Shown in pieces: positions 39,874 to 49,141 of a stretch of DNA of 64,000 nucleotides. Below the pieces are notes generated by a model, which saw only the letters and a list, made by a program, of their open reading frames with translations, was not told the DNA's origin and did not search any database. Source of the DNA: Calditrichia bacterium (GTDB lineage Bacteria > Calditrichota > Calditrichia > JAJRVZ01); the NCBI GenBank assembly GCA_963765585.1, contig CAVXXB010000003.1:38025-102024 (forward strand). The letters are read 5' to 3'. A program made the position numbers and the translations under genes. How positions within the stretch are numbered: the first letter of the stretch is position 1; the number at the start of each line of letters is the position of its first letter.

Positions 39874-41457
39874 TCATAATGCTTTAATTGCTTCCATAAT
39901 AGCTTCTTTGGTAAGACCAAAATGCTCCCACACTTCATAATGACCTTCAGAAGGAGCGATTCTTGGATCTGTGATACCAACATGCGCCATGGGTGTGTCA
40001 AATTGATTTCCATATCCGGCTACAAGATTGGCAAAACCACGCAAACCGGTTGTCGTTGTTCCGATTAAACCGTCTTCGATTGTAACAACTCCCTTTGAAT
40101 ATTTTTTAATCGTTGTTTCAATAAAATTTTCAGGTAACGGTAAACCATTAATAATAATCACATCCGTCGGTAAACCATCAGTGTTTAATTCCTCTGCCGC
40201 ATCTGCAGCCAAATGGGCCGGCGCACCCAGGGCCAAAATCACACGTCGTGCATTCGGGTATGTGCGAAAGATGGTTACCGGATTCCATTCCTGATCTTTT
40301 TTCCACAACGCTTCAGAACCACCTTGCTGACTGAGTACCGGCAAATTATCCCTCGGTATGCCAATAATATGAGCGCCATAAAATTCGGCCGCATCTTTTA
40401 CAGCCAAAAAGGCCGCACACGCATCAGCCGGGGCATAAAAGCGATGCAAATATGGAAGATAACCAATTGCCAGCGTAATCCAATCCAGACTCCATCCGGA
40501 AAAATGGTCCCGTCCTGTACACGCACCCACATGAGAAAGGTGAAATGTAACATTCAAACCTTCATTTATACCATTCAAATTTCGCTGATATCGCCACATT
40601 TCAAATCCTTCGCGGGCAATACCTTCATAAAAAGCGGCAAAAGTGGAAAACACATTAAACTGTGGCCCATGGCTGGCCACTGCCAATCCATTTGCCATTA
40701 AAGCCGATGCCTGTTCCTCAATACTCATTTCAAACTGATGATTTTCATCAAGATACGTACGCGCTTTATCCAGTTTGGTAGATGGATCCAGATCACAACT
40801 GACAATAAACACAGATTCAGGATGCGATTGTGCCACGGCTGCATAGGCTGACTGAACACCCGCCCGGGGGCTGACTTTACTGTCTACCTCAGGTAAATTT
40901 ACACTACCAAGTATTTCTGGGTTGATAACCAGATTTTTTGTTCCTGGAGCAGAACGGGCGGTGGTAACAACCTCCAGTTTATCTGATTCTTCCAGCGACT
41001 TAAGAGCAGTCTTTTGATCGTCAGACATCTGGAGCATTGGATTATTGAGCACCGCCTGTAAATCACGTCCCTGCATATGACCGTCATGATGTCCTTTACC
41101 CCCACTGAGACCATTGACAAGAAATACACATTCGAGCATTGATTGCACATCACCAAAACTCATCAAGGCGCCTGGAATCCAGATTTCTGTATCCATCTTA
41201 ATTTGATTTTTCCCGGCAAGCTCAGCGACCTCAGCGGAAATACCATATTTTTCCCCGAGAACGTTTAAATCAACTTTTTCCTTAGAACCCGAAGAATATC
41301 CGGCTGGATAAATCAGACTCGGCCGACCCGATTGTGCCATTTTAAATGCTTCTTTATATGCCTTAAACAATCCCGCTTTATCATGAATGCTTTCTATCTC
41401 CAGAATTGAAATTCCCAGCGATTCGATAATAGGACGTGGATCTTTATCCATGATCAT
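39874..41457 (-). CDS. Transketolase-like protein, C-terminal portion (rest of the ThDP/PP domain, plus Pyr and C-terminal domains)
   Basis: IESIHDKAGLFKAYKEAFKMAQSGRPSLIYPAGYSSGS aligns with the TK segment DGHD..ai..Ai.eAk..dkPtlI.ckT.IGfGsP. HVGACTGRDHFSGWSL and GAHIIGIPRDNLPVL align with the Pyr domain. Start taken at ATG 41457 (MIMDKD...), 1 nt after the upstream stop. Confidence 0.65.
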   Translation of the reverse strand: MIMDKDPRPIIESLGISILEIESIHDKAGLFKAYKEAFKMAQSGRPSLIYPAGYSSGSKEKVDLNVLGEKYGISAEVAELAGKNQIKMDTEIWIPGALMSFGDVQSMLECVFLVNGLSGGKGHHDGHMQGRDLQAVLNNPMLQMSDDQKTALKSLEESDKLEVVTTARSAPGTKNLVINPEILGSVNLPEVDSKVSPRAGVQSAYAAVAQSHPESVFIVSCDLDPSTKLDKARTYLDENHQFEMSIEEQASALMANGLAVASHGPQFNVFSTFAAFYEGIAREGFEMWRYQRNLNGINEGLNVTFHLSHVGACTGRDHFSGWSLDWITLAIGYLPYLHRFYAPADACAAFLAVKDAAEFYGAHIIGIPRDNLPVLSQQGGSEALWKKDQEWNPVTIFRTYPNARRVILALGAPAHLAADAAEELNTDGLPTDVIIINGLPLPENFIETTIKKYSKGVVTIEDGLIGTTTTGLRGFANLVAGYGNQFDTPMAHVGITDPRIAPSEGHYEVWEHFGLTKEAIMEAIKAL

Positions 41458-41458
41458 C

Positions 41459-42067
41459 TTATTTGATCCGCTGAAGCTGGATACCATTACGATGCATAAT
41501 AAAAGTGATCGGAGCACCATGCAAATCCGCCCCATTAAAGCCATTCAACGCCTGACCGGATATCCAACCCGCATCGCCACAATGGGTAACAACCCAGGCA
41601 TCCTGTCCGTAAATGGCCTTTTTCCCCAGGGCTTGTCCTGCGGCGGCAGGAACCATCACACCAAGACGCCCACCATTTAACTGCGTACCTCCCGGGACCC
41701 AGGCCACATGGCCGGCAATATCCAATCCCTGGCGAAAATTTTGTATCACATATTCCGGATCCAGATAACCGTATGCCGCAAGTGTGCCATAGTATCCAAT
41801 ACTGGTATGGGCGTTTTCAATCGTATATTCTTTTTTCTCAAAATCGACTACGGCAAGTGTTAGCGCCAGAGCAGAAATTAAATCCAACCCGCCACCCATA
41901 TGATCCACTTCTTTTAATTTGGCCAGTTCCGAGACTGCTTTCACTGAAGTCCGGTCGGCATTAATTTCTAATGCACGCAGGGTATTAACCTGCATCCGCA
42001 GATAAATCATCCACTTTGGTAATATCGATTTTAAAGGGTAAGTACATGCTCGAAATAAGTTTTTCAC
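41459..42067 (-). CDS. Transketolase-like protein, N-terminal portion (ThDP-binding region ending just after the GDG-x27-N motif)
   Basis: NFRQGLDIAGHVAWVPG (cf. FRQ..SkTPGHPE) and HCGDAGWISGQALNGFNGADLHGAPITFIMHRNGIQL (cf. GDGcLMEGiSHEA...DDNgISIDG). It ends in TAA, immediately followed by g-ATG of the next ORF. Confidence 0.65.
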   Translation of the reverse strand: MKNLFRACTYPLKSILPKWMIYLRMQVNTLRALEINADRTSVKAVSELAKLKEVDHMGGGLDLISALALTLAVVDFEKKEYTIENAHTSIGYYGTLAAYGYLDPEYVIQNFRQGLDIAGHVAWVPGGTQLNGGRLGVMVPAAAGQALGKKAIYGQDAWVVTHCGDAGWISGQALNGFNGADLHGAPITFIMHRNGIQLQRIK

Positions 42068-42307
42068 CTACATATTTTGATTTTTCAATTAGATTTTCAT
42101 TTCGGCTTGGTTTGATCAGAGATATATTTTTTTTCAAAGGCACTCATCATGATCCTCAAATGTAGTTTATTCTTTCCTTTAGATCTGCTTTAATTATTTA
42201 CCAGAACCCATCTTTTTCCTTTTAGCCCTGTTATCCTTTTCTCCCCAGCAATTCCAGATTAATTCGAATTACCATGGTGAATAGTCACTTACTAAAATCT
42301 AAAAAAC

Positions 42308-43522
42308 TTATGCACCATACTTCTGTATTCTACCAGCGGCAGCCAGAGCCTCAACAATGATATAGCGCATAGGCATGCGACCCAAACCACCTTGTGCACA
42401 GTAAATTTCACCAAACTCAGAGGTCTGATCAGCCCGCACCATTTTATTATTTGCAAATAATAGTGCCGGGACCGGATGCCAGCTGTGCGCGGCCATAACG
42501 GCCGGTGTGGAATGGTCACCGGTAATTAAAATAACTTCCGGGTTTAGCTGATCCAGATTCTTTACCCATTTATCAACGGTCTCGATCACACCGACCTTGG
42601 CATCAAAATTTCCATCTTCGCCATAACTATCGGTCTTTTTAAAGTGGATAAAGAAGAAATCATATTTGTCATAATTTTCTTTTAATTGGTCAAACATGGC
42701 CTCATATGTATCCGGTCGTGGCAGAACATCCATACCGACCAATCTCGCCAAACCACGATACATAGGATATTGTGCAATGGCCGCACAATGTATACCATAT
42801 CTTTCTTCCATGGTCGCCAGGGGTTCATGTTTGGCAAATCCACGGGCAAGAATAAAGTTCGCCGGGCTTTCATCGCTAAGTACTTCTTTTGCCTTTGACA
42901 AAAATTCGTTTACATATTTTGCTGTTTTTTGTGATTCAGAATTGGTTCCTTTTGCTTCCAGAGGCGGTACGCCGGTTTGTTGTGAATCCGTATCATTGAT
43001 ACTGCCGCCAAGTCCATCGCCTCGGATTACTAATAATGCGCGATGCTCAGACTCTGTTTGCATGAAAAATTCAATACCATCAGAAAGCGTAATCGATTCC
43101 TGCAATTTTTTACACAAACGTTCATTTATGTCTGTAGCAATTCTCCCGGCCCTGCGATCCGTGACATTACCTTTATCGTCAATCGTACAAAAATTCAGAC
43201 GGGCACATACATCACGACCGGTTACCGCGAAATCTACTCCCAGGGCAGATAATATTCCTCTACCCACATTATCGGCGATGGGATCATATCCAAACAGGGA
43301 TAAGTGTGCCGGTCCTGATCCAGGTGTAATTCCATAGCCAATCGGGTCAAGCAAAGCCAGTGTGCCATCGGTTGCCATCTTGTCCATATTGGGTGTATTT
43401 GCAGTTTCAAGTTCGGTTTTTCCCCCATGTTCTTTTGCCAGGCCACCAAGACCATCCATAATGATATATAAAATTTTTGAGTCATTTTTATGGATTAACG
43501 GTTGTAATATTTCTTGATTCAT
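42308..43522 (-). CDS. apgM: Archaeal-type cofactor-independent phosphoglycerate mutase (ApgM family; alkaline-phosphatase superfamily)
   Basis: N-terminus ILYIIMDGLGGL, a metalloenzyme-domain C-terminus (ILITGDHSTP), and ~404 aa, characteristic of ApgM. Confidence 0.75.
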   Translation of the reverse strand: MNQEILQPLIHKNDSKILYIIMDGLGGLAKEHGGKTELETANTPNMDKMATDGTLALLDPIGYGITPGSGPAHLSLFGYDPIADNVGRGILSALGVDFAVTGRDVCARLNFCTIDDKGNVTDRRAGRIATDINERLCKKLQESITLSDGIEFFMQTESEHRALLVIRGDGLGGSINDTDSQQTGVPPLEAKGTNSESQKTAKYVNEFLSKAKEVLSDESPANFILARGFAKHEPLATMEERYGIHCAAIAQYPMYRGLARLVGMDVLPRPDTYEAMFDQLKENYDKYDFFFIHFKKTDSYGEDGNFDAKVGVIETVDKWVKNLDQLNPEVILITGDHSTPAVMAAHSWHPVPALLFANNKMVRADQTSEFGEIYCAQGGLGRMPMRYIIVEALAAAGRIQKYGA

Positions 43523-43648
43523 AAATCACTCCATAATATTTTAGGATATCAAAGAAGATAAATATATTGATCATTTTATTCAACCGATATCCATATTTTA
43601 AATAGACATATTTTAGAATATTATTTATCTGGAGACTTGTAAATTAAT

Positions 43649-46066
43649 ATGGCCGTTATCATATCCGGAAAACATATCACGCTTGCCGTTCGCGATCTTA
43701 TTGGTCTTAATCCCAGATCATCCCGTACCTTGTCTTCATTTCCCTTACCTCAGCGGGGCATGCTTGGAAGAGATGCCCAGGTAAAGGTACAAAAACGTTC
43801 TCAACAAAAATATGGTCTGTTTCACAGAGAATATTCAGTCAGTGGTTTTTTAACCTGGAATGGGTATGATTTCACAATTCAGGGACGTATCGATGGACTC
43901 TACGAATTAAAAGAGCGGGTGGAAGTTGAGGAAATCAAATCGGTTATTCTGACATCAAAGGAATTCAATTCTCTGAATATTGAAAAATACCCGGAATTTA
44001 GCGAGCAACTTCTTTTTTATTGTTATCTCCTTTATCTCCAGGATGGCGCCCGGGAGATCAGGCCATATCTGACATTAATAAATATAGTTAATGATAAGGA
44101 ACGAATGTTTCCGCTGAATTTTTCCCCTCTTGCCATTGAAAACTTGCTATTCAATCGCCTGCAACTGATTATTGAAAAAATTCTATATGAAGAAAAACTT
44201 AGAATAAATAAACAGAAAAAATTTTCCAGTCTGAAGTTTGATCTCAAAGAAGAACGACCGCAACAAAACAAAATGATGGAGGTCGTTCGGGACTCCCTTT
44301 CTTCACAAAAACACTTAATGATTTCGGCCCCAACCGGCACAGGCAAAACGGCCGGGGCCATAATTCCGGCATTGGAATATGCCATCACCGAAGGCAAGAA
44401 ACTTTTTTATTGCACATCGAAAAATACGCAACAGGAAATAGTACAACAAACGCTACAGCCGTTAAAGAGTAGTGATGCTGAAATCACCGCTTTGTTTTTA
44501 CGATCCGTTCAAAAAATGTGTGTGAATGATGTCTTTTTTTGTCATGAGGATTATTGCCCATACGCAAAAGACTATCGCGATCGCTTATCCGGTTCAAACG
44601 CCATTGATACGCTGCTACAGGACAAATTGATACTCCCTGACAAAATTATTAAAGAGGGCCGGAATCAAAAATTGTGCCCGGCCGAACTGATGCTGGATGT
44701 TGCCATCCATTGTGATGTGATTGTGGGGGACTATAATTATGTTTTTGATCCAACGGTATATTTACGCAGAATATTTAATCAAAAAGATTATTCCGATTGG
44801 ATATTAATTATTGATGAGGCGCATAATTTATATCAGCGTGGGTTGGGTTATTACTCACCTCAATTGAGCCGGAAACAGCTTCGTTCGCTGATTAAAGATC
44901 ATGCGTCAAAAAAAACAAAAGTATATAAAGATATCATATCCATACTCCGAAAAATTGATAACAGCTATGATGATATTTTAAAGGATGCAGCTGCCTGGCA
45001 CCCGGGAGATCAGTTCTGTGATATTACACTGGATCTGAAATTATGGGAAACATATAATTCTGCGTATGAAACCGCATTTATAAAATACCTGATCCATAAA
45101 GTGAAGAAAAAAATAGTTGTACAGAATGATCCTTTTGAAGATTTTTATTACGCTCTGCGCCGGTTTATACAAATCACACGTCTGAATGAAGATATCTATA
45201 AATTATATCTGGATGCCGCCGGCGGCGGGATATTAAACATACAGTGCTGTGATCCCTCATCTCCCCTGGGTCAGAGAATCGATGGATTTCATTCTGTAAT
45301 CGCAATGTCAGCTACACTGGATCCTATTACGTATTATCAGGAAGTGCTTGGCTTTCCCCAGGACCAGACAGATCAGATAGTGCTGGACTCCCCCTTCCCC
45401 GTCCAAAACAGAAAAATGATCATTATCCCCAATGTCTCCACAAAATTCAGCAAACGACATGATGCTTTTCCGGCATATGCCAGGATTATAAAGGAAATCG
45501 TAGCCATTAAACCCGGTAATTATTTGATTTTCTTTCCGAGCTTTGAATTCATGCAAAATGTAAACTTGTTTTTGGGTTCGCTTCCTTTTGAACGAATGTT
45601 ACAGCGGCCAAGAATGTCGGATATAGAACGCGAGGAATATCTTGATGCATTACGTGATCCGGATTCGCCTCGTCTGTTACTTGCGGTTATGGGGGGAATT
45701 TTCTCTGAAGGGGTGGATTATCTGGGTGATATGTGTATTGGTGTTATCCTTTTCAGTCCGGCATTACCCCAGGTTAATTATGCCCGCGAACTGATCCGTG
45801 ACTATTATGAGACCAGGCAGGGAAACGGGTTTGAATACGCTTATATATATCCAGGAATTAACAAGGTGATACAGGCAGCCGGACGTTTGATCCGTTCGCA
45901 TCAGGATAAAGGAATAATTGTTCTTGTAGGGGAGAGATTTGCTGAAGAGCAAATAAATTCGCTACTACCGGATTACTGGTTTAAAACACCGGAAAGTTTG
46001 GTGGTTACCGAAGATTATGTGAAAGAGATACAGAATTTTTGGGAATTTTTGGAGGTTGGTAAATAG
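43649..46066 (+). CDS. DinG/Rad3(XPD)-family ATP-dependent DNA helicase with Fe-S cluster domain and ~200-aa N-terminal extension
   Basis: Walker A ISAPTGTGKTAG and DEAH box (IIDEAHNL). Four Cys: FFCHEDYCPYAKDY..C. C-terminal helicase motif (VIQAAGRLIRSHQDKG). Confidence 0.8.
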   Translation: MAVIISGKHITLAVRDLIGLNPRSSRTLSSFPLPQRGMLGRDAQVKVQKRSQQKYGLFHREYSVSGFLTWNGYDFTIQGRIDGLYELKERVEVEEIKSVILTSKEFNSLNIEKYPEFSEQLLFYCYLLYLQDGAREIRPYLTLINIVNDKERMFPLNFSPLAIENLLFNRLQLIIEKILYEEKLRINKQKKFSSLKFDLKEERPQQNKMMEVVRDSLSSQKHLMISAPTGTGKTAGAIIPALEYAITEGKKLFYCTSKNTQQEIVQQTLQPLKSSDAEITALFLRSVQKMCVNDVFFCHEDYCPYAKDYRDRLSGSNAIDTLLQDKLILPDKIIKEGRNQKLCPAELMLDVAIHCDVIVGDYNYVFDPTVYLRRIFNQKDYSDWILIIDEAHNLYQRGLGYYSPQLSRKQLRSLIKDHASKKTKVYKDIISILRKIDNSYDDILKDAAAWHPGDQFCDITLDLKLWETYNSAYETAFIKYLIHKVKKKIVVQNDPFEDFYYALRRFIQITRLNEDIYKLYLDAAGGGILNIQCCDPSSPLGQRIDGFHSVIAMSATLDPITYYQEVLGFPQDQTDQIVLDSPFPVQNRKMIIIPNVSTKFSKRHDAFPAYARIIKEIVAIKPGNYLIFFPSFEFMQNVNLFLGSLPFERMLQRPRMSDIEREEYLDALRDPDSPRLLLAVMGGIFSEGVDYLGDMCIGVILFSPALPQVNYARELIRDYYETRQGNGFEYAYIYPGINKVIQAAGRLIRSHQDKGIIVLVGERFAEEQINSLLPDYWFKTPESLVVTEDYVKEIQNFWEFLEVGK

Positions 46067-46120
46067 GTTCCTTTTTAGTTTTTGGGGGAGCGGTGAATAA
46101 GATTTTTTAAGACTAAATTA

Positions 46121-46140
46121 CCCCAAGATTAATCTTGGGG
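46121..46140. terminator. GC hairpin ccccaagattaatcttgggg between convergent genes
   Basis: Perfect 8-bp stem with a 4-nt loop. Downstream of the helicase stop. Confidence 0.5.
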
Positions 46141-46226
46141 TAAGCAAAAAAGTAATTATTGAGATGATAGAATTTTATAATTTTATTTTGGATATGCAGT
46201 TTTTTGGTCTATCACCCAAGTATCTC

Positions 46227-46255
46227 CCCGTTCCAAGGTTAAACCTTGGAACGGG
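46227..46255. terminator. 29-nt perfect palindrome cccgttccaaggtt-a-aaccttggaacggg adjacent to the OMP gene stop
   Basis: Read directly. Followed on the + strand by agattaaattttt. A likely bidirectional terminator. Confidence 0.55.
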
Positions 46256-46266
46256 AGATTAAATTT

Positions 46267-47856
46267 TTAAAACGCGAAAACCGTCTGAATATTCGTAGTC
46301 CGGATAGTCTCATCCGGCCCACTGATTAGTCCATCTCCATTAAGATCTTTATAGGTTTCACGATAATCCAGTACCAGCGCAGCGCCTCCTGCAATTTCAT
46401 AATGCAGTCTCGCGCCGAGAATCGTTCCTTCGGTTTTATTGAAGAGATCGTCTGCATTTTGCTGATAAAAATAAGCGCCTGCTTTCTTAATTTTCGGTAC
46501 AAAGGAAGTATTCAGATCAAGATCCATCCGCAGGGTATTTACCTTAATGCCGTTTCCCGACATTCTTTGATAATCGGCACCAAATATCATTACATTCCAT
46601 AAATTGAAATCAGCACCGGCCACATATCCCTGCAGTCGCGTATCAATCATATGCAACTGCTCACGTTTTGTGATGGTATACAGATCCCCGGCTCCGGTTG
46701 AATCTACAACAGAAACGCGATCCAGCTCATAGGTAGTACTAAAATATTCCGGAGCAAAGCGCTCTTCCTGAATCCGGTGCTCGGCAAAGAAGTTCATAAA
46801 TCCTACTTTACCGCGAACGCCGGGAAGAGTATAACCCCAGCCACCGCCATAACCAAACTTTGCCGCCTGTGCATATGCAGTCAGCTCAAAGGTCTTATTC
46901 TGAATAAACGGATAACCGATATCAGCAGCAAATGCAATCTGTTCTTTATTGGGAGCCTGGTCAATCGTCATCGGTATTGGTTTTAAAAGGCCTTCATTAA
47001 AAAAGAGGTCATTATTTTGAATAAAGGGATTTTGGCTATTATCTGTATAGCCGTTGCCGTCACGATCGGGATCCCAGTAATCTGCTACACCATTGCCATC
47101 ACTATCAACGGCCTGACGCCCGGTTCCCGGTGTATCGGGAAAATCATCCAGTGCATCCGGAATACCATCTCCATCCCGGTCTCTCAACGTGGCATACTGA
47201 TTGCGATCATAAACAACGCTGGCTCCCAATTCCAGTTTACCTAAAAATCTATAACCAACCCGTCCGGCAAATAAGCCACCTTTTTTACGTCCCAACTCAT
47301 TAAAATCATTCATCATGATGTCGGCTACAAAGCCGCCGGTGTCTATTCCAATGGTCATACCGGTACGAATTACACTGGGGTATTGTATCGTATTGCAATA
47401 GCGGTTCATTAAAATACCATATCCCAGTCGGTAGTTATTTATCGCGCCAACGCGGGCATAAAACGGATCCCCTTTGTGTGCCCAGCGGATGTAATATATC
47501 TTCTCAAGAATATCATTGGCAGAATCCCAGTTATCTGTACGGATATTGCCATTTTCATCAATAAAAATACGCAGATCCAGAGCGATACCAAACTTTCCGG
47601 CGGAGAACTCCGGCATGAAACTGATTTGTGTATGAATTTTATCATCAATGGTCACCGCACCAACTGAAAAGCCAAATCCAAACGGTGCATCGCCCTCTTT
47701 TGGAAAGGGCAGGTACTCATCTTGCTCAGATTCCTGTTTTGCATCAGAGGTTTTTTCATCTTCCTGATTTAAACCCGGAAGTAGTGCAGAACCTGAAGAC
47801 TGGCCGAAACCGGAAACAACTAAAAGCACTAAACTAAGGATGATTAAATATCGCAT
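46267..47856 (-). CDS. Outer-membrane beta-barrel protein with thrombospondin-type-3 (Ca2+-binding) Asp-rich repeats
   Basis: Signal peptide. DRDGDGIPDALDDFPD...DSDGNGVADYWDPDRDGNGYTDN are TSP3-like repeats. It ends ...TVFAF with a C-terminal aromatic residue, as in an OM barrel. Confidence 0.7.
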   Translation of the reverse strand: MRYLIILSLVLLVVSGFGQSSGSALLPGLNQEDEKTSDAKQESEQDEYLPFPKEGDAPFGFGFSVGAVTIDDKIHTQISFMPEFSAGKFGIALDLRIFIDENGNIRTDNWDSANDILEKIYYIRWAHKGDPFYARVGAINNYRLGYGILMNRYCNTIQYPSVIRTGMTIGIDTGGFVADIMMNDFNELGRKKGGLFAGRVGYRFLGKLELGASVVYDRNQYATLRDRDGDGIPDALDDFPDTPGTGRQAVDSDGNGVADYWDPDRDGNGYTDNSQNPFIQNNDLFFNEGLLKPIPMTIDQAPNKEQIAFAADIGYPFIQNKTFELTAYAQAAKFGYGGGWGYTLPGVRGKVGFMNFFAEHRIQEERFAPEYFSTTYELDRVSVVDSTGAGDLYTITKREQLHMIDTRLQGYVAGADFNLWNVMIFGADYQRMSGNGIKVNTLRMDLDLNTSFVPKIKKAGAYFYQQNADDLFNKTEGTILGARLHYEIAGGAALVLDYRETYKDLNGDGLISGPDETIRTTNIQTVFAF

Positions 47857-48085
47857 ATGATCTCCTATATCCTTTAATGTGAGTTCCCGAGAATATCTCA
47901 GAAACGAGGAATTTATTATTCTGGTTTTACCGATATTTTCGGCAAAAAATCGATGGATGTGAATATTTCTTTAAATTTGGTCTAAAATATTTTACCCATT
48001 AACCTATTTTCCTTTTAACCTTTTGCTATAAAAAAAAGGCTGCCCTGATATCAGAACAGCCTTTGTGCAATCACTTTAAAGTAAA

Positions 48086-49075
48086 CTAGATATAGCTCTT
48101 CAGCACCCGCATATAATTGGCGCGCTCAAATGCAGCCGGTTCGGGAACTGATTTATGGCTCATGCTGCCCTTCATCTGCTCAACCGACTCATATTCATGA
48201 TCTTCCATCCATTTACGCATGTCATCAAGAATAGTCGTAATTCTACCGATCCCATGTTGAAAAAGTACCGCACAGAGCATAGTAACATCCGCACCAGCCA
48301 TAATCATTTTCAACACATCTTCAGCCGTATGAATACCGGATGTTGCGGCAATATTTGCTTTAATCTTTCCATACAAAATGGCCACCCAGCGCAACGGTAA
48401 ACGCATCGACTCCGAAGAACTCAGTACCAGATTTGGAACCACTTCCAGATTTTCCAGATCGATATCCGGCTGATAAAAACGATTAAACAGAACCAGACCA
48501 TCCACACCCTCTTCATCAAATTTCTTTGCCATAGAAGACAGGGATGTAAAGAACGGTGATAATTTCATTGCCACAGGAATCGTAACGACTTTTTTAATTT
48601 CTCGAAGAATTTCAACATAATTTTCTTCGATAACTCTGCTATCTTTATCAGGATCTGTGGCAAGATAGTAAGTGTTCAGTTCAATAGCGTCTGCCCCGGC
48701 CTGTTGCATTTTGCGGGCATATTCGATCCATCCGCCGGTTGACACGCCATTCAAACTGGCAATTACCGGAAAGTCAACCGCTTCTTTAGACTTACGGATA
48801 TGCTCCAGATATTCATCGGGACCAAAATTATACATATCACTATCAGGGAAATAACTGAGAGATTCAGCAAAACTTTCAGTTCCTTGTGACAGATAGTGAT
48901 CAATTTCATTTTTTTCGTGAAGGATCTGCTCTTCAAAGAGAGATTCCAATACCACCGCACCAGCGCCTGCATCCTCCATTAGTTTTATCGAGGCTTCATC
49001 CCTCGATAAAGGAGACGCGGAAGGCACCAGGGGATTTTTAAGTTTTTTACCCAGGTAAGTTGTACTTAAATCCAT
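48086..49075 (-). CDS. Dihydroorotate-dehydrogenase-family (class-1 DHOD / DHPD-like FMN TIM-barrel) protein
   Basis: MDLSTTYLGKKLKNPLVPSASPLS N-terminus, GADAIELN, and the C-terminal GADVTML flavin-barrel signature. It lies immediately downstream of PFOR. Confidence 0.6.
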   Translation of the reverse strand: MDLSTTYLGKKLKNPLVPSASPLSRDEASIKLMEDAGAGAVVLESLFEEQILHEKNEIDHYLSQGTESFAESLSYFPDSDMYNFGPDEYLEHIRKSKEAVDFPVIASLNGVSTGGWIEYARKMQQAGADAIELNTYYLATDPDKDSRVIEENYVEILREIKKVVTIPVAMKLSPFFTSLSSMAKKFDEEGVDGLVLFNRFYQPDIDLENLEVVPNLVLSSSESMRLPLRWVAILYGKIKANIAATSGIHTAEDVLKMIMAGADVTMLCAVLFQHGIGRITTILDDMRKWMEDHEYESVEQMKGSMSHKSVPEPAAFERANYMRVLKSYI

Positions 49076-49141
49076 TCTAACTACCTTTCTTTATTTGATT
49101 TTTTTATATTTCTATAAACGATAACGTCAATTTATTTATCA

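Noticed and set aside
40213-40701. 162-codon plus-strand ORF inside the transketolase-like gene
   Set aside because: Antisense shadow ORF. Arg/Ile-rich composition. The opposite-strand ORF has clear TK homology.
42696-43337. 213-codon plus-strand ORF inside the ApgM gene
   Set aside because: Antisense to a gene with strong family motifs. The Ser/Arg/Cys-rich composition is typical of antisense frames.
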